NCBI GenBank assembly: GCA_964574015.1 | Contig: CAZNLP010000001.1 | Span: forward strand, 547-64,546 | DNA from: an uncultured Clostridia bacterium | GTDB taxonomy: Bacteria; Bacillota; Clostridia; Tissierellales; Dethiosulfatibacteraceae | Length of the DNA stretch: 64,000 nt | Direction of reading: 5' to 3' | Shown: in pieces, positions 39,772-48,938 of the stretch | Layout: every line of letters starts with the position of its first letter | Position numbering within the stretch: position 1 is the stretch's first letter | Program-made: the position numbers and the translations under genes | The notes under the pieces: model-generated | What the model saw: the letters and a program-made list of their open reading frames with translations, nothing else | What the model was told of the DNA's origin: nothing | The model's database searches: none

Positions 39772-41130
39772 ATGAAAAATCCGAATAAAAATTATGATAG
39801 CCTAAAATTAAACCCTTCCCACTTTCTTATATTATGGTTTGGAATCACTATATTAACAGGAGCTACACTTTTAAATCTACCTTTTGCATCAGTTGATGGA
39901 AATAGCATAGGTTTTATAGATGCTCTTTTTACATCAGCTTCTGCAGTATGTGTGACAGGATTAATAGTAGTTAATACAGCAGCTCACTGGACTTTGTTTG
40001 GCAAGATAGTAATACTAATATTAATACAAATTGGTGGATTAGGAATTATGACTATGGCTACTTTGATAGCTTTTCTTTTAGGAAAAAGAATTACTCTAAA
40101 GGATAGACTTTTAATAAGAGAAGAATTAAATGTTACTACCTTACAGGGTATAGTATTATTAACAAAGAGAGTTTTAATCATGACCATAGGAATAGAAGCT
40201 GTAGGAGCCATATTTCTATCCTTAACATTCACAAAAGAGCTGGGTATGATTAAAGGTATATGGTTTTCTATTTTTCATGCAATATCGGCATTTTGCAATG
40301 CTGGGTTTGATATAACCGGAAATAGTTTAGTTGATTACACAGGTGATGTGGTAGTAAGTGTAACAGTCATGATGCTTATAATTTTAGGTGGTATTGGTTT
40401 TTATGTTTTTATGGAAGTTTTAAGAGAAAGAAGATTTAGATATTTTTCTTTACATACAAAATTAGTATTGATAATAACGTTTATATTAATAGTATCAGGA
40501 GCTTTACTAGTTTTAATCATGGAATACAACAATCCTCAAACCTTGGGAGCACTAAATATTAAGGATAAAATTATGGCATCCTTTTTTCAATCTGTTACCC
40601 CAAGGACAGCAGGTTTTAATACTATAGATACAGCTGGATTAGGATATGGTACTTCTTTGTTAATTATAATATTTATGTTTGTAGGAGGTTCTCCAGGGTC
40701 AACAGCGGGAGGAATTAAAACTACAACAACAGGAATAATAATTATATCAACATATAGATTGATTATGGGTTACGAAGATATTGAAGTTTTGAAGAAAAGA
40801 ATAGATGCTAAAACAACAGTAAGAGCATTATCTGTTGCAACAATATCAATACTTTTAGTATCTTTAATAACAATTATTTTATCAATAACTGAGATAAATA
40901 CGGGATTTGCTTTTCACGATATCTTGTTTGAAGTAACATCTGCCTTTGGAACTGTAGGATTGAGTAGAGGACTAACTCCTAACCTGTCTAATATAGGAAG
41001 AATACTAATAACCTTCACAATGTTTATAGGAAGAATAGGACCGTTGACAATTGCCTTTGCAATAGCTCAAGGACAGGATAGAAACAAAGGAAATTATAGA
41101 TATCCAATAGGAAAAATACTCGTAGGATAA
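39772..41130 (+). CDS. ktrB: TrkH/KtrB-family potassium uptake membrane subunit
   Basis: Polytopic protein with repeated pore-loop motifs (SAVCVTGL, NAGFD, RTAGFNT, TVGLS). Confidence 0.9.
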   Translation: MKNPNKNYDSLKLNPSHFLILWFGITILTGATLLNLPFASVDGNSIGFIDALFTSASAVCVTGLIVVNTAAHWTLFGKIVILILIQIGGLGIMTMATLIAFLLGKRITLKDRLLIREELNVTTLQGIVLLTKRVLIMTIGIEAVGAIFLSLTFTKELGMIKGIWFSIFHAISAFCNAGFDITGNSLVDYTGDVVVSVTVMMLIILGGIGFYVFMEVLRERRFRYFSLHTKLVLIITFILIVSGALLVLIMEYNNPQTLGALNIKDKIMASFFQSVTPRTAGFNTIDTAGLGYGTSLLIIIFMFVGGSPGSTAGGIKTTTTGIIIISTYRLIMGYEDIEVLKKRIDAKTTVRALSVATISILLVSLITIILSITEINTGFAFHDILFEVTSAFGTVGLSRGLTPNLSNIGRILITFTMFIGRIGPLTIAFAIAQGQDRNKGNYRYPIGKILVG

Positions 41131-41139
41131 GGAGGAAAT

Positions 41140-41802
41140 ATGAAACAATTTGTTGTTATAGGATGCGGAAGATTTGGATCAAGTGTTGCTAAAACATTAT
41201 CAAAATTAGGATATGATGTGTTAGCAATAGATAAGGACCCAGATAAGGTTCAGGAAATATCCGAATATGTTACACATTCAGTACAGGCTGATGCAGTCGA
41301 TGAAAATGCTTTAAAAACTTTAGGAATCAGAAATTTTGATGTAGCTATAGTTACTATAGGATCTGATATCCAAGCATCAATTATGGGGACACTAATAGCT
41401 AAAGAATTAGGAGTAAAAAAAGTTATTTCTAAAGCACAAAATGAACTTCACGGTAAGGTTTTATATAAAATTGGAGCTAATAAGGTTATCTTTCCAGAAA
41501 GAGATATAGGTATTAGAGTAGCACATAACCTGGTATCTTCTAACGTTTTAGATGTTATTGAATTTGCTCCGGATTATAGTATAATAGAAATTGTTGCTAA
41601 AGAAGAATGGGAGAATAAATCATTGAAAGACCTTCAACTTCCAAAAACATACGGAATAAGTGTCATGGCAATAAAAACAGGTGAAGATGTAAATATTTCT
41701 CCTTATGCTGATGACGTAGTAAAAAAAGGTGATACTCTAATTGTAATAGGAGATAATGTTAGTCTAAAAAAATTAGAAGATAAAGATAATGATAGTAAGT
41801 AA
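41140..41802 (+). CDS. ktrA: TrkA/KtrA potassium uptake regulatory subunit (RCK_N plus RCK_C)
   Basis: VIGCGRFGSSVAKTL Rossmann motif and a C-terminal TrkA_C domain. Confidence 0.9.
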   Translation: MKQFVVIGCGRFGSSVAKTLSKLGYDVLAIDKDPDKVQEISEYVTHSVQADAVDENALKTLGIRNFDVAIVTIGSDIQASIMGTLIAKELGVKKVISKAQNELHGKVLYKIGANKVIFPERDIGIRVAHNLVSSNVLDVIEFAPDYSIIEIVAKEEWENKSLKDLQLPKTYGISVMAIKTGEDVNISPYADDVVKKGDTLIVIGDNVSLKKLEDKDNDSK

Positions 41803-42550
41803 CAGTAATTCAAAAGTAAAACTAATAAGAAGGTTATATTCAAAAAAACATAGACATAAATTAGAAAAGTATTTGGTGGAAGGGTTACAGATTACTAAAG
41901 ATTATCTAAAATATTCTAAAAATATCGACTTTGCTTTAGTTTCAGAAGAGTTTGAAAATATGGAAGATTTATATGAGATTAGTAGAGATATAGATGTTTA
42001 TAAAACTACAAGAGAGATTTTTGATAAAATAAGTGATACAAAAAATAATCAAGGAATTATATTAGTAGTTAATTTTGAAAAATATACTATAAATAATATT
42101 TTAAATACTAGGTCAATTATTGTTGTAGACGGTATTCAGGATCCTGGAAACCTAGGCACTATAATAAGAACCTGTGATGCATTTAATATAGGAGGCATCA
42201 TTACATTAGAAAATACAACAGATTTATATAATAGTAAAACAGTTAGAGCATCAATGGGTTCAATAGCTAGAATTCCCATTATTAATTCTAATGACAATAC
42301 ATCAACATTGAAGCTTTTAAAGGCTAATCATTATAATCTAATGGCTGCTACGCCAAGGTTTAATACTAATATTAAAGATATTGATAAGAGTCAAAAAAAT
42401 GCTGTTTTTATTGGTAATGAATCATCTGGTGTATCATCACAGATTTTAGAAATTTGTGATGATTTGGTTGGAATTGATATGAAGGGAGATGTCGAATCCC
42501 TTAATGCTGCAGTAGCAGCTGGAATTTTAATATATAAATTAACTGAATAA
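41789..42550 (+). CDS. TrmH/SpoU-family RNA 2'-O-methyltransferase (YsgA-like)
   Basis: DGIQDPGNLGTIIRT, GNESSGVS, ESLNAAVAAGI. The position before pheST resembles B. subtilis ysgA. Confidence 0.85.
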   Translation: MIVSNSNSKVKLIRRLYSKKHRHKLEKYLVEGLQITKDYLKYSKNIDFALVSEEFENMEDLYEISRDIDVYKTTREIFDKISDTKNNQGIILVVNFEKYTINNILNTRSIIVVDGIQDPGNLGTIIRTCDAFNIGGIITLENTTDLYNSKTVRASMGSIARIPIINSNDNTSTLKLLKANHYNLMAATPRFNTNIKDIDKSQKNAVFIGNESSGVSSQILEICDDLVGIDMKGDVESLNAAVAAGILIYKLTE

Positions 42551-42555
42551 ATAAG

Positions 42556-42584
42556 TTGCTAAGTAAAATTAAATTTGGTATAAT
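42556..42584 (+). promoter_or_regulatory. Promoter of the pheST leader (TTGCTA-17 nt-TGgTATAAT, extended -10)
   Basis: TTGCTA at 42556-42561 and TATAAT at 42579-42584, preceded by TGG. Confidence 0.55.
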
Positions 42585-42591
42585 CTAAAAC

Positions 42592-42812
42592 AATATAAAA
42601 TGCAAAGATTGAGATTAAAGATTGGGAAAATAATGCTCCAGAGAATAGATGTCCTGGCTGAAAACATCTTTCATTATCCAGTCAATTTTCACTCATGAGC
42701 AGATAATCTGAAAGAAAGTAAGTTTATCCGGTTAAGCCGTTAAAAATCAAAGTAAAAAAAAGAGTGGTACCGCGAACACTTCGCCTCTTAGGTGAAGTGT
42801 TTTATTTTTTGA
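42592..42812 (+). promoter_or_regulatory. T-box riboswitch leader (phenylalanine, specifier UUC) with terminator
   Basis: AGAGA-like box CCAGAGAAT. Specifier loop has TTC at 42688-42690 followed by A. T-box AGAGTGGTACCGCG is at 42761-42774 (UGGU fits an A73 discriminator). Terminator AACACTTCGCC-TCTT-AGGTGAAGTGTT plus a T-run lies at 42775-42810. Confidence 0.9.
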
Positions 42813-42823
42813 AAGGAGATTTT

Positions 42824-43846
42824 ATGAAAGAAAGATTACAAGAAATTCAAAAAAATGGATTAGAAGAGATAAAAAATGCTCAAAATGAAAAAGAAATCGA
42901 AAAAATTAGAGTTGACTTTTTAGGAAAAAAAGGGAAACTGACTTTAGTTTTAAGAGAGATGGGAAACCTACCTAAAGATCAAAGACCAATAATTGGTAAA
43001 TTAGCAAATGAAGTAAGAACTAAGTTGGAAGATGCATTAAATGATAAAAGGATTGAAATCGAAAAAATTGAAAAAAATAAAAGATTAGAAGAAGAGAAAG
43101 TAGATATTACAATTCCAGGTAAATTCAAAGATGTTGGTAGGAGGCATCCTTTATTAAAAGTAAAGGAAGAATTAGAGGAACTTTTCCAAAAAATGGGATA
43201 TGATATTGTAGAAGGACCTGAAATAGATACAGTTGAAAACAATTTTGATGCGCTAAATGCACCACCAGATCACCCATCAAGGGATAAGTCGGATACTTTT
43301 TACATTAATGATAATTTACTTCTAAGAACACAAACTTCACCGGTACAGATAAGAGTTATGAAGGAGCAAAAACCACCAATTAGAATAGTTTCTGCCGGAA
43401 GAACTTTTAGATTTGATGAAGTTGACGACACACATTCACCTATGTTTCATCAAATGGAATGTTTAGTAGTTGATAAAAATGTAAATTTAGCTAATTTAAA
43501 AGATTCTATTAATCACTTTGTAAAAGAACTATTTGGGGATGATATGGAAACTAGATTTAGACCTCATAATTTTCCCTTTACGGAACCGAGTGCAGAAGTA
43601 GATGTATCATGTTTATCATGCAAGGGAAAAGGCTGCGAATCATGTAATTTTACAGGATGGAGTATGGAACTTTTAGGATGTGGGATGGTTCATCCAAAAG
43701 TATTAGAAAATTGCGGAATTGATCCAAAAGTGTACTCAGGATATGCCTTTGGAATGGGGATAGATAGAATAACAATGGTCAAACATAAAATTAATGATAT
43801 AAGACTGCTATTTGAAAATGATATTAGGTTTTTAAAACAATTTTAG
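42824..43846 (+). CDS. pheS: Phenylalanine--tRNA ligase alpha subunit
   Basis: MKERLQEI... start follows GAAAGGAG. Class II motifs present (HPSRD, FR.D..D.THSP.FHQ.E, GMG.DR). The track start at 42764 lies in the T-box antiterminator/terminator. Confidence 0.97.
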   Translation: MKERLQEIQKNGLEEIKNAQNEKEIEKIRVDFLGKKGKLTLVLREMGNLPKDQRPIIGKLANEVRTKLEDALNDKRIEIEKIEKNKRLEEEKVDITIPGKFKDVGRRHPLLKVKEELEELFQKMGYDIVEGPEIDTVENNFDALNAPPDHPSRDKSDTFYINDNLLLRTQTSPVQIRVMKEQKPPIRIVSAGRTFRFDEVDDTHSPMFHQMECLVVDKNVNLANLKDSINHFVKELFGDDMETRFRPHNFPFTEPSAEVDVSCLSCKGKGCESCNFTGWSMELLGCGMVHPKVLENCGIDPKVYSGYAFGMGIDRITMVKHKINDIRLLFENDIRFLKQF

Positions 43847-43857
43847 AGGAGGATTAA

Positions 43858-46242
43858 ATGCTAGTACCTATTAATTGGTTAAAAGAATACGTTGAAATTG
43901 ATACAGATGTTAGAGATTTATCAGATAAATTAACTATGACTGGAACTCATGTAGATTCTATAATTAATATTGATAATAATGTTAAAAATGTATATATAGG
44001 AAGAATAACAAAACTAGAAACTCATCCTAATGCGGATAAACTACTTATAGTCTATGTAGACTTAGGTGATAAAAAACTCAAACTAATTACTGGAGCAAAA
44101 AATATAAACGAAGGAGATTTAGTACCAGTGGCTGTAGAAGGAGCAACTTTACATAGTGGTATGAAAATCGAGAAAAATGATTTCAGAGGAATTGTTTCAG
44201 AAGGAATGCTTTGTTCTTATGAGGAGTTGGGAGTTGATAGTTCATTGGTACCAAAAGAATCTAAAGATGGAATAATAATCATCAATGAAGAAGTTGAATT
44301 AGGTTCTAATGCGGTAGATGTTCTTAATTTGAAAGGATATATTTTAGATTTAGAAATAACATTCAACAGGCCCGATTGTTTAAGTATGGTGGGCATAGGA
44401 AGAGAAACTTCAGCTACACTAAACACTAAATTTAAATATCCTGAAATAACAATTAAAAACGAAGTTGAGGACATTAACGATTATATAAGTGACATTAATA
44501 TTATAGATGAGGATCTATGCAGTAGATATTATGCAAAGGTAATAAAGGATGTTAAAATTGGACCATCACCACTTTGGCTCCAAAGAAAAATTATGGATGC
44601 CGGTATAAGACCTATTAATAATATTGTTGATGCTACAAACTATGTTATGTTAGAAGTAGGACAGCCTTTACATGCATTTGATCTTAAAAAAATAAATGGT
44701 AACATTGTTAAGGTTAGAAGAGCAAAAGATAATGAGAGAATAAAGACTTTAGATAAAATAGATAGAGAATTAGATAAAAACATGTTAATAATAGCAGATG
44801 AAACTAAACCTATTGGAATAGCTGGAGTTATGGGTGGATTTGATTCTGAAGTTACAAAAGAATCAACTACGATATTAATGGAAAGTGCTAATTTTAATGG
44901 AAAATCGGTAAGAGAAACTTCAAGAAAACTGGGATTAAGAAGTGAAGCTTCATCGAGAAATGAAAAAGATCTGCCTAATCAAATTGTTGTTGATGCTTGT
45001 AATAGAGTATGTCAGATAATTGAAGAGATAGGTGCAGGAACAATTGTTGAGGGAAGTATAGATAAGGGAGAAAGAGATCAAGAGGTTCTTGATATATATT
45101 TGGATCCAAAAATTTGCAACAATTTATTAGGAACACAAATTGAAGCTGAAAAAATGGTTAATATACTTAATTCTTTAAATATTGAAAGTAGAATATCTGA
45201 AAACAAAATCAAATCAACTATTCCAAGCTTTCGAAAAGATTTAAAAATAGAAGCTGATTTAATAGAAGAAGTAGGTAGAATTTATGGATTTCATAAAATA
45301 GACCCCCAACCTTTAAAAGGAAATATTCTAAAAGGATCAAGATCTGAAATTAGAAAAGTAGAGGATAAAAGCAAAGAATTTTTATATGCTTCAGGATTAT
45401 TAGAAATAACAACTTATTCCTTTATAAGTCCTAAAGAATATGATAAATTTAATGTAGATGAAGAAGACGAACTTAGAAAATATGTAGAAATTATGAATCC
45501 TTTAGGGGAAGATTTTAGGTCAATGAGGACTTCATTACTCCCTAACATGATGAAGGTTATTTCAAAAAATTCTAACTACGGCATAAAATCAGGTATGTTA
45601 TTTGAAATTGGAAACACATTCAGTATAGCAAAGAAAGAATTACCAAAAGAAACCAGAAAAATAAGTGTAGGTATGTATGGTGATGATTATTCTTTCTTCA
45701 GCATAAAAGGGTTACTAGAAAATTTATTTGAAAAATATGGAATAAATACAAAATTCAAAGTCGAAAAAGAACTTTCATCCTTTCACCCGGGAAGAACAGC
45801 TAAAATCATTATAGAAGACGACATAATCGGAGTAGTTGGCGAAGTTCATCCTGATGTTAGAGAAAACTATGAGATAGAAGAGAGAGTTTATACAGCAGAA
45901 CTAAATCTACACAAAATCTTGAAATGGAAAGACGAAAAAAGGACATACAGTGAAATACCAAAATATCCTGCAATGACGAGAGACATATCAATAGTAGTTG
46001 ATGAAGAGGTAACAGTAGGTAGTATAATTGAATTGATTGAAGATATGGGTATTGATAATTTAGAAGATGTAGAATTATTTGATGTCTACAGAGGTAGTAA
46101 TATTGAAGAAAATAAGAAAAGTTTAGCTTATTCAATGATTTTTAGATCTCACGAAAGAACTTTAAAAGAGGAAGAAGTTAATAGAAGCTACGATTTAATT
46201 TTAAATAAACTTAAAAAAACTTTTAACGTTAAACTAAGATAA
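43858..46242 (+). CDS. pheT: Phenylalanine--tRNA ligase beta subunit
   Basis: MLVPINWLKEY, tRNA-binding OB domain, B3/4, B5 and FDX-ACB domains. 794 aa. Confidence 0.97.
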   Translation: MLVPINWLKEYVEIDTDVRDLSDKLTMTGTHVDSIINIDNNVKNVYIGRITKLETHPNADKLLIVYVDLGDKKLKLITGAKNINEGDLVPVAVEGATLHSGMKIEKNDFRGIVSEGMLCSYEELGVDSSLVPKESKDGIIIINEEVELGSNAVDVLNLKGYILDLEITFNRPDCLSMVGIGRETSATLNTKFKYPEITIKNEVEDINDYISDINIIDEDLCSRYYAKVIKDVKIGPSPLWLQRKIMDAGIRPINNIVDATNYVMLEVGQPLHAFDLKKINGNIVKVRRAKDNERIKTLDKIDRELDKNMLIIADETKPIGIAGVMGGFDSEVTKESTTILMESANFNGKSVRETSRKLGLRSEASSRNEKDLPNQIVVDACNRVCQIIEEIGAGTIVEGSIDKGERDQEVLDIYLDPKICNNLLGTQIEAEKMVNILNSLNIESRISENKIKSTIPSFRKDLKIEADLIEEVGRIYGFHKIDPQPLKGNILKGSRSEIRKVEDKSKEFLYASGLLEITTYSFISPKEYDKFNVDEEDELRKYVEIMNPLGEDFRSMRTSLLPNMMKVISKNSNYGIKSGMLFEIGNTFSIAKKELPKETRKISVGMYGDDYSFFSIKGLLENLFEKYGINTKFKVEKELSSFHPGRTAKIIIEDDIIGVVGEVHPDVRENYEIEERVYTAELNLHKILKWKDEKRTYSEIPKYPAMTRDISIVVDEEVTVGSIIELIEDMGIDNLEDVELFDVYRGSNIEENKKSLAYSMIFRSHERTLKEEEVNRSYDLILNKLKKTFNVKLR

Positions 46243-46256
46243 TTGGAGTTGGAAAT

Positions 46257-46991
46257 ATGGATATAAATCCAGTAGCATTTACAATATTTAATGTTGATGT
46301 AATGTGGTACGGAATACTTATTGCATCAGGAGTTATAATAGGAACTTTATTAGCCTTAAGAGAATCAAGGAGAATTGGGTTTAGAGATGAAGATTTAATT
46401 GACCTTTTAATAATAGCTATACCGTCTGCTATAGTAGGGGCTAGATTATATTATGTAATATTTCAATTTGAGCATTATAAAGATAATATTACCCAAATAT
46501 TTAATATAAGAGGTGGAGGACTTGCTATTCATGGAGGAATTATAGCTGCTGTAATTGTAGGTATAATATATTGCAAGATAAGGAAGGTTAACTTTTGGCA
46601 GTTAGCAGATATTGTTGCTCCAAGTTTAATTTTGGGTCAGGCAATAGGAAGATGGGGAAATTTTATTAATCAAGAAGCCTATGGAAGAGCTACAAATCTT
46701 CCTTGGGGTATTATAGTAAATGGAGAAAAAGTCCATCCAACATTTTTATATGAGTCCTTGTGGAACGTAGTGGTATTTTTCTTTTTAGTATGGTATAGAA
46801 GAAAAAGCGGAAGAAAAGATGGAGAAGTGTTTATTCTATACGGAATACTTTATTCAGTAGGAAGATTTTTTATAGAAGGATTAAGAACAGATAGCCTTAT
46901 GATAGGAGAATTAAGGGTTGCACAGTTTATAAGTATTATAATAATAGTACTACTATTAGGGATAATGATATTTAGAAGAAAAAGAAAATAA
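46257..46991 (+). CDS. lgt: Prolipoprotein diacylglyceryl transferase
   Basis: WYGILIA.G, ARLYYV, GGLAIHGG, GRWGNFINQEAYG, HPTFLYESLWN, EG.RTDSL. Confidence 0.95.
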   Translation: MDINPVAFTIFNVDVMWYGILIASGVIIGTLLALRESRRIGFRDEDLIDLLIIAIPSAIVGARLYYVIFQFEHYKDNITQIFNIRGGGLAIHGGIIAAVIVGIIYCKIRKVNFWQLADIVAPSLILGQAIGRWGNFINQEAYGRATNLPWGIIVNGEKVHPTFLYESLWNVVVFFFLVWYRRKSGRKDGEVFILYGILYSVGRFFIEGLRTDSLMIGELRVAQFISIIIIVLLLGIMIFRRKRK

Positions 46992-47046
46992 AAAAAACAC
47001 AAAAAAAAATCAAGATGCCTTGATTTTTTTTTGTGTTTTTTTTATT
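46990..47046. terminator. Perfect 25-bp-arm A/T-rich hairpin (bidirectional terminator shape) after lgt
   Basis: Positions 46990-47014 pair perfectly with 47019-47043, with loop ATGC. The A-run lies 5' and the T-run 3'. Confidence 0.75.
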
Positions 47047-47047
47047 G

Positions 47048-47100
47048 AAGTGGTATAATATACCCATCAAGTGGTATAATATACCCATAAGGTGGTAAGT
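47048..47100 (+). repeat. Two perfect tandem 21-bp units plus a degenerate third, containing extended -10 elements and GTGG boxes; probable dcw promoter and MraZ operator
   Basis: AAGTGGTATAATATACCCAT occurs at 47048-47067 and again at 47069-47088. AGGTGGTAAGT at 47090-47100 overlaps the mraZ SD. Each unit contains TGGTATAAT and the palindrome GGTATA-A-TATACC. Confidence 0.9.
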
Positions 47101-47538
47101 ATGTTTACAGGAGAATTTTTCCATAATATTGATAAAAAAGGAAGATTAATAATCCCTTCGAAATTCAGATATGATTTGGGAGAGAGCTTTTATTTAGGTA
47201 AGGGATTTGATAAAAGTTTATTGGTATATCCAAAAGAAACCTGGGATGTATTCACTGAAAAATTAAAAAAACTATCAATATTAAGTTCAGAACACAGATT
47301 TTTTTCAAGGAGATTTTTATCTGGCTTCACAGAATGCAGTATTGATAAGCAAGGTAGAATACTCATACCACCTAATTTAAGAGGTTATAGCGAAATGAAA
47401 GATGAAACTGTGATAATTGGAGTTTTAGATAGAATAGAAATATGGAACAAAAATAATTGGGAAGAATATTCAAAATCAGAAGACTTAGATTTCAATGAAA
47501 TCGCTGAAAAAATGAATGACCTGGGATTAGACCTATAG
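47101..47538 (+). CDS. mraZ: Division/cell wall cluster transcriptional regulator MraZ
   Basis: MFTGEFFHNIDKKGRLIIPSKFR and a second SpoVT-AbrB repeat (DKQGRILIPPNLR). ATG 47101 lies 5 nt after AAGGTGG. The track start GTG 47092 lies inside the SD. Confidence 0.93.
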   Translation: MFTGEFFHNIDKKGRLIIPSKFRYDLGESFYLGKGFDKSLLVYPKETWDVFTEKLKKLSILSSEHRFFSRRFLSGFTECSIDKQGRILIPPNLRGYSEMKDETVIIGVLDRIEIWNKNNWEEYSKSEDLDFNEIAEKMNDLGLDL

Positions 47539-47547
47539 GAGGTATAT

Positions 47548-48477
47548 ATGGAATTTTATCATAAGCCAGTTATGATGGATGAAATCATTAAAGGACTTGA
47601 AATAAAAAAAGATGGTATTTATGTTGATTGTACCTTAGGTGGCGGAGGTCATACAAAAGAAATATCTAAGTTGGCTGTAGAAGGTAAAGTTATATCAATA
47701 GATAGAGATGATGAAGCAATACAAAACTTTAAAAAAGAAAAAAATATATATAAAAACGTTATAACTGTTAAAGATAATTTTTCGAATATAGATAAAATAT
47801 TAGAGGATTTAAATATCAACAAAATTGATGGTGCCTTATTAGATTTAGGTGTATCTTCATATCAACTGGATAATCCAGAAAGAGGATTCTCCTATAATGA
47901 AAATTATGCTCTTGATATGAGAATGAATAAAGATCAAAAATTGACGGCAAGGCATATAGTTAATGGATATACAAAAGATGAATTAAAAAATATTATGTAC
48001 AATTATGGTGAAGAGAAATGGGCAGATAGGATAGCGGAGTTTATAGTAAAAGAAAGAGAAGAGAGATTCATAGAAACCACCTTTGATCTAGTTGAAATAA
48101 TAAAAAAAGCAATTCCTAGATCAGCTAGAAAAGATGGACCACATCCTGCAAAGAGAACTTTTCAAGCTATAAGAATAGAAGTAAATAAAGAACTTGATGT
48201 TATAGAACCTACAATAAAAAAAATTGTAGATTTATTGAATGAAGGTGGAAGAATTTGTGTAATTACATTTCATTCCTTAGAAGATAGAATAGTTAAAAAT
48301 ACATTTAAATGGCTTGAAAAAGATTGTATTTGTCCTCCAAAACAACCAATATGCAATTGCAATAAAAAAAGACAGATTAAAATAATAACAAAAAAACCTA
48401 TTGAATCTACAGAAGGAGAATTAAAGGATAATCCAAGAGCTAGAAGTGCAAAACTACGTGTAGCAAAAAAAATCTAA
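47548..48477 (+). CDS. rsmH: 16S rRNA (cytosine1402-N4)-methyltransferase RsmH
   Basis: [51 protein letters not shown]. Confidence 0.96.
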   Translation: MEFYHKPVMMDEIIKGLEIKKDGIYVDCTLGGGGHTKEISKLAVEGKVISIDRDDEAIQNFKKEKNIYKNVITVKDNFSNIDKILEDLNINKIDGALLDLGVSSYQLDNPERGFSYNENYALDMRMNKDQKLTARHIVNGYTKDELKNIMYNYGEEKWADRIAEFIVKEREERFIETTFDLVEIIKKAIPRSARKDGPHPAKRTFQAIRIEVNKELDVIEPTIKKIVDLLNEGGRICVITFHSLEDRIVKNTFKWLEKDCICPPKQPICNCNKKRQIKIITKKPIESTEGELKDNPRARSAKLRVAKKI

Positions 48478-48488
48478 GGAGAAATATT

Positions 48489-48920
48489 ATGGCAGTAGTT
48501 GAAGATACTAATGTATATAAAAAAAGAATAAAATCTAAAAACAGAGAAAAAACGAAAAATAATTCTCAAGCAAAATTTTTCTTATATTTGTTGATATGTT
48601 TTATTTTAGTCTTAACAATTATATATAATTATGCTATAATTACTCAGACAAATATGGAGATAGATGAAATTTCACGGGATATAACATCTCTAACAAAAGA
48701 AAAAGAAGACATACTTGTTTTAATTGAAAGCACAAAAAATACAGGAATAATAGAAGATAATGCGAGAACCTTTTTAGGTATGGATTACCCTGATATAAAT
48801 CAAAGAGACTTTATTGAAGTATCTTATAATGATGAACCTAAGGAAGTTGCTCTTGAAAATTCAGATCAAAATACCATAGACAACATTTTTAGAAGAACAT
48901 TTTCTCTAATAAGTGACTAG
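48489..48920 (+). CDS. ftsL: Cell division protein FtsL / septum formation initiator-type bitopic protein
   Basis: Single TM helix (FFLYLLICFILVLTIIYNYAII) followed by a coiled coil. Located between rsmH and the division PBP. Confidence 0.7.
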   Translation: MAVVEDTNVYKKRIKSKNREKTKNNSQAKFFLYLLICFILVLTIIYNYAIITQTNMEIDEISRDITSLTKEKEDILVLIESTKNTGIIEDNARTFLGMDYPDINQRDFIEVSYNDEPKEVALENSDQNTIDNIFRRTFSLISD

Positions 48921-48938
48921 GAAGAATGAGGGAAGATT

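Noticed and set aside
42764-42823. N-terminal extension of pheS ([20 protein letters not shown]).
   Set aside because: It is encoded by the T-box antiterminator/terminator sequence. The conserved PheS N-terminus starts at ATG 42824 with its own SD.
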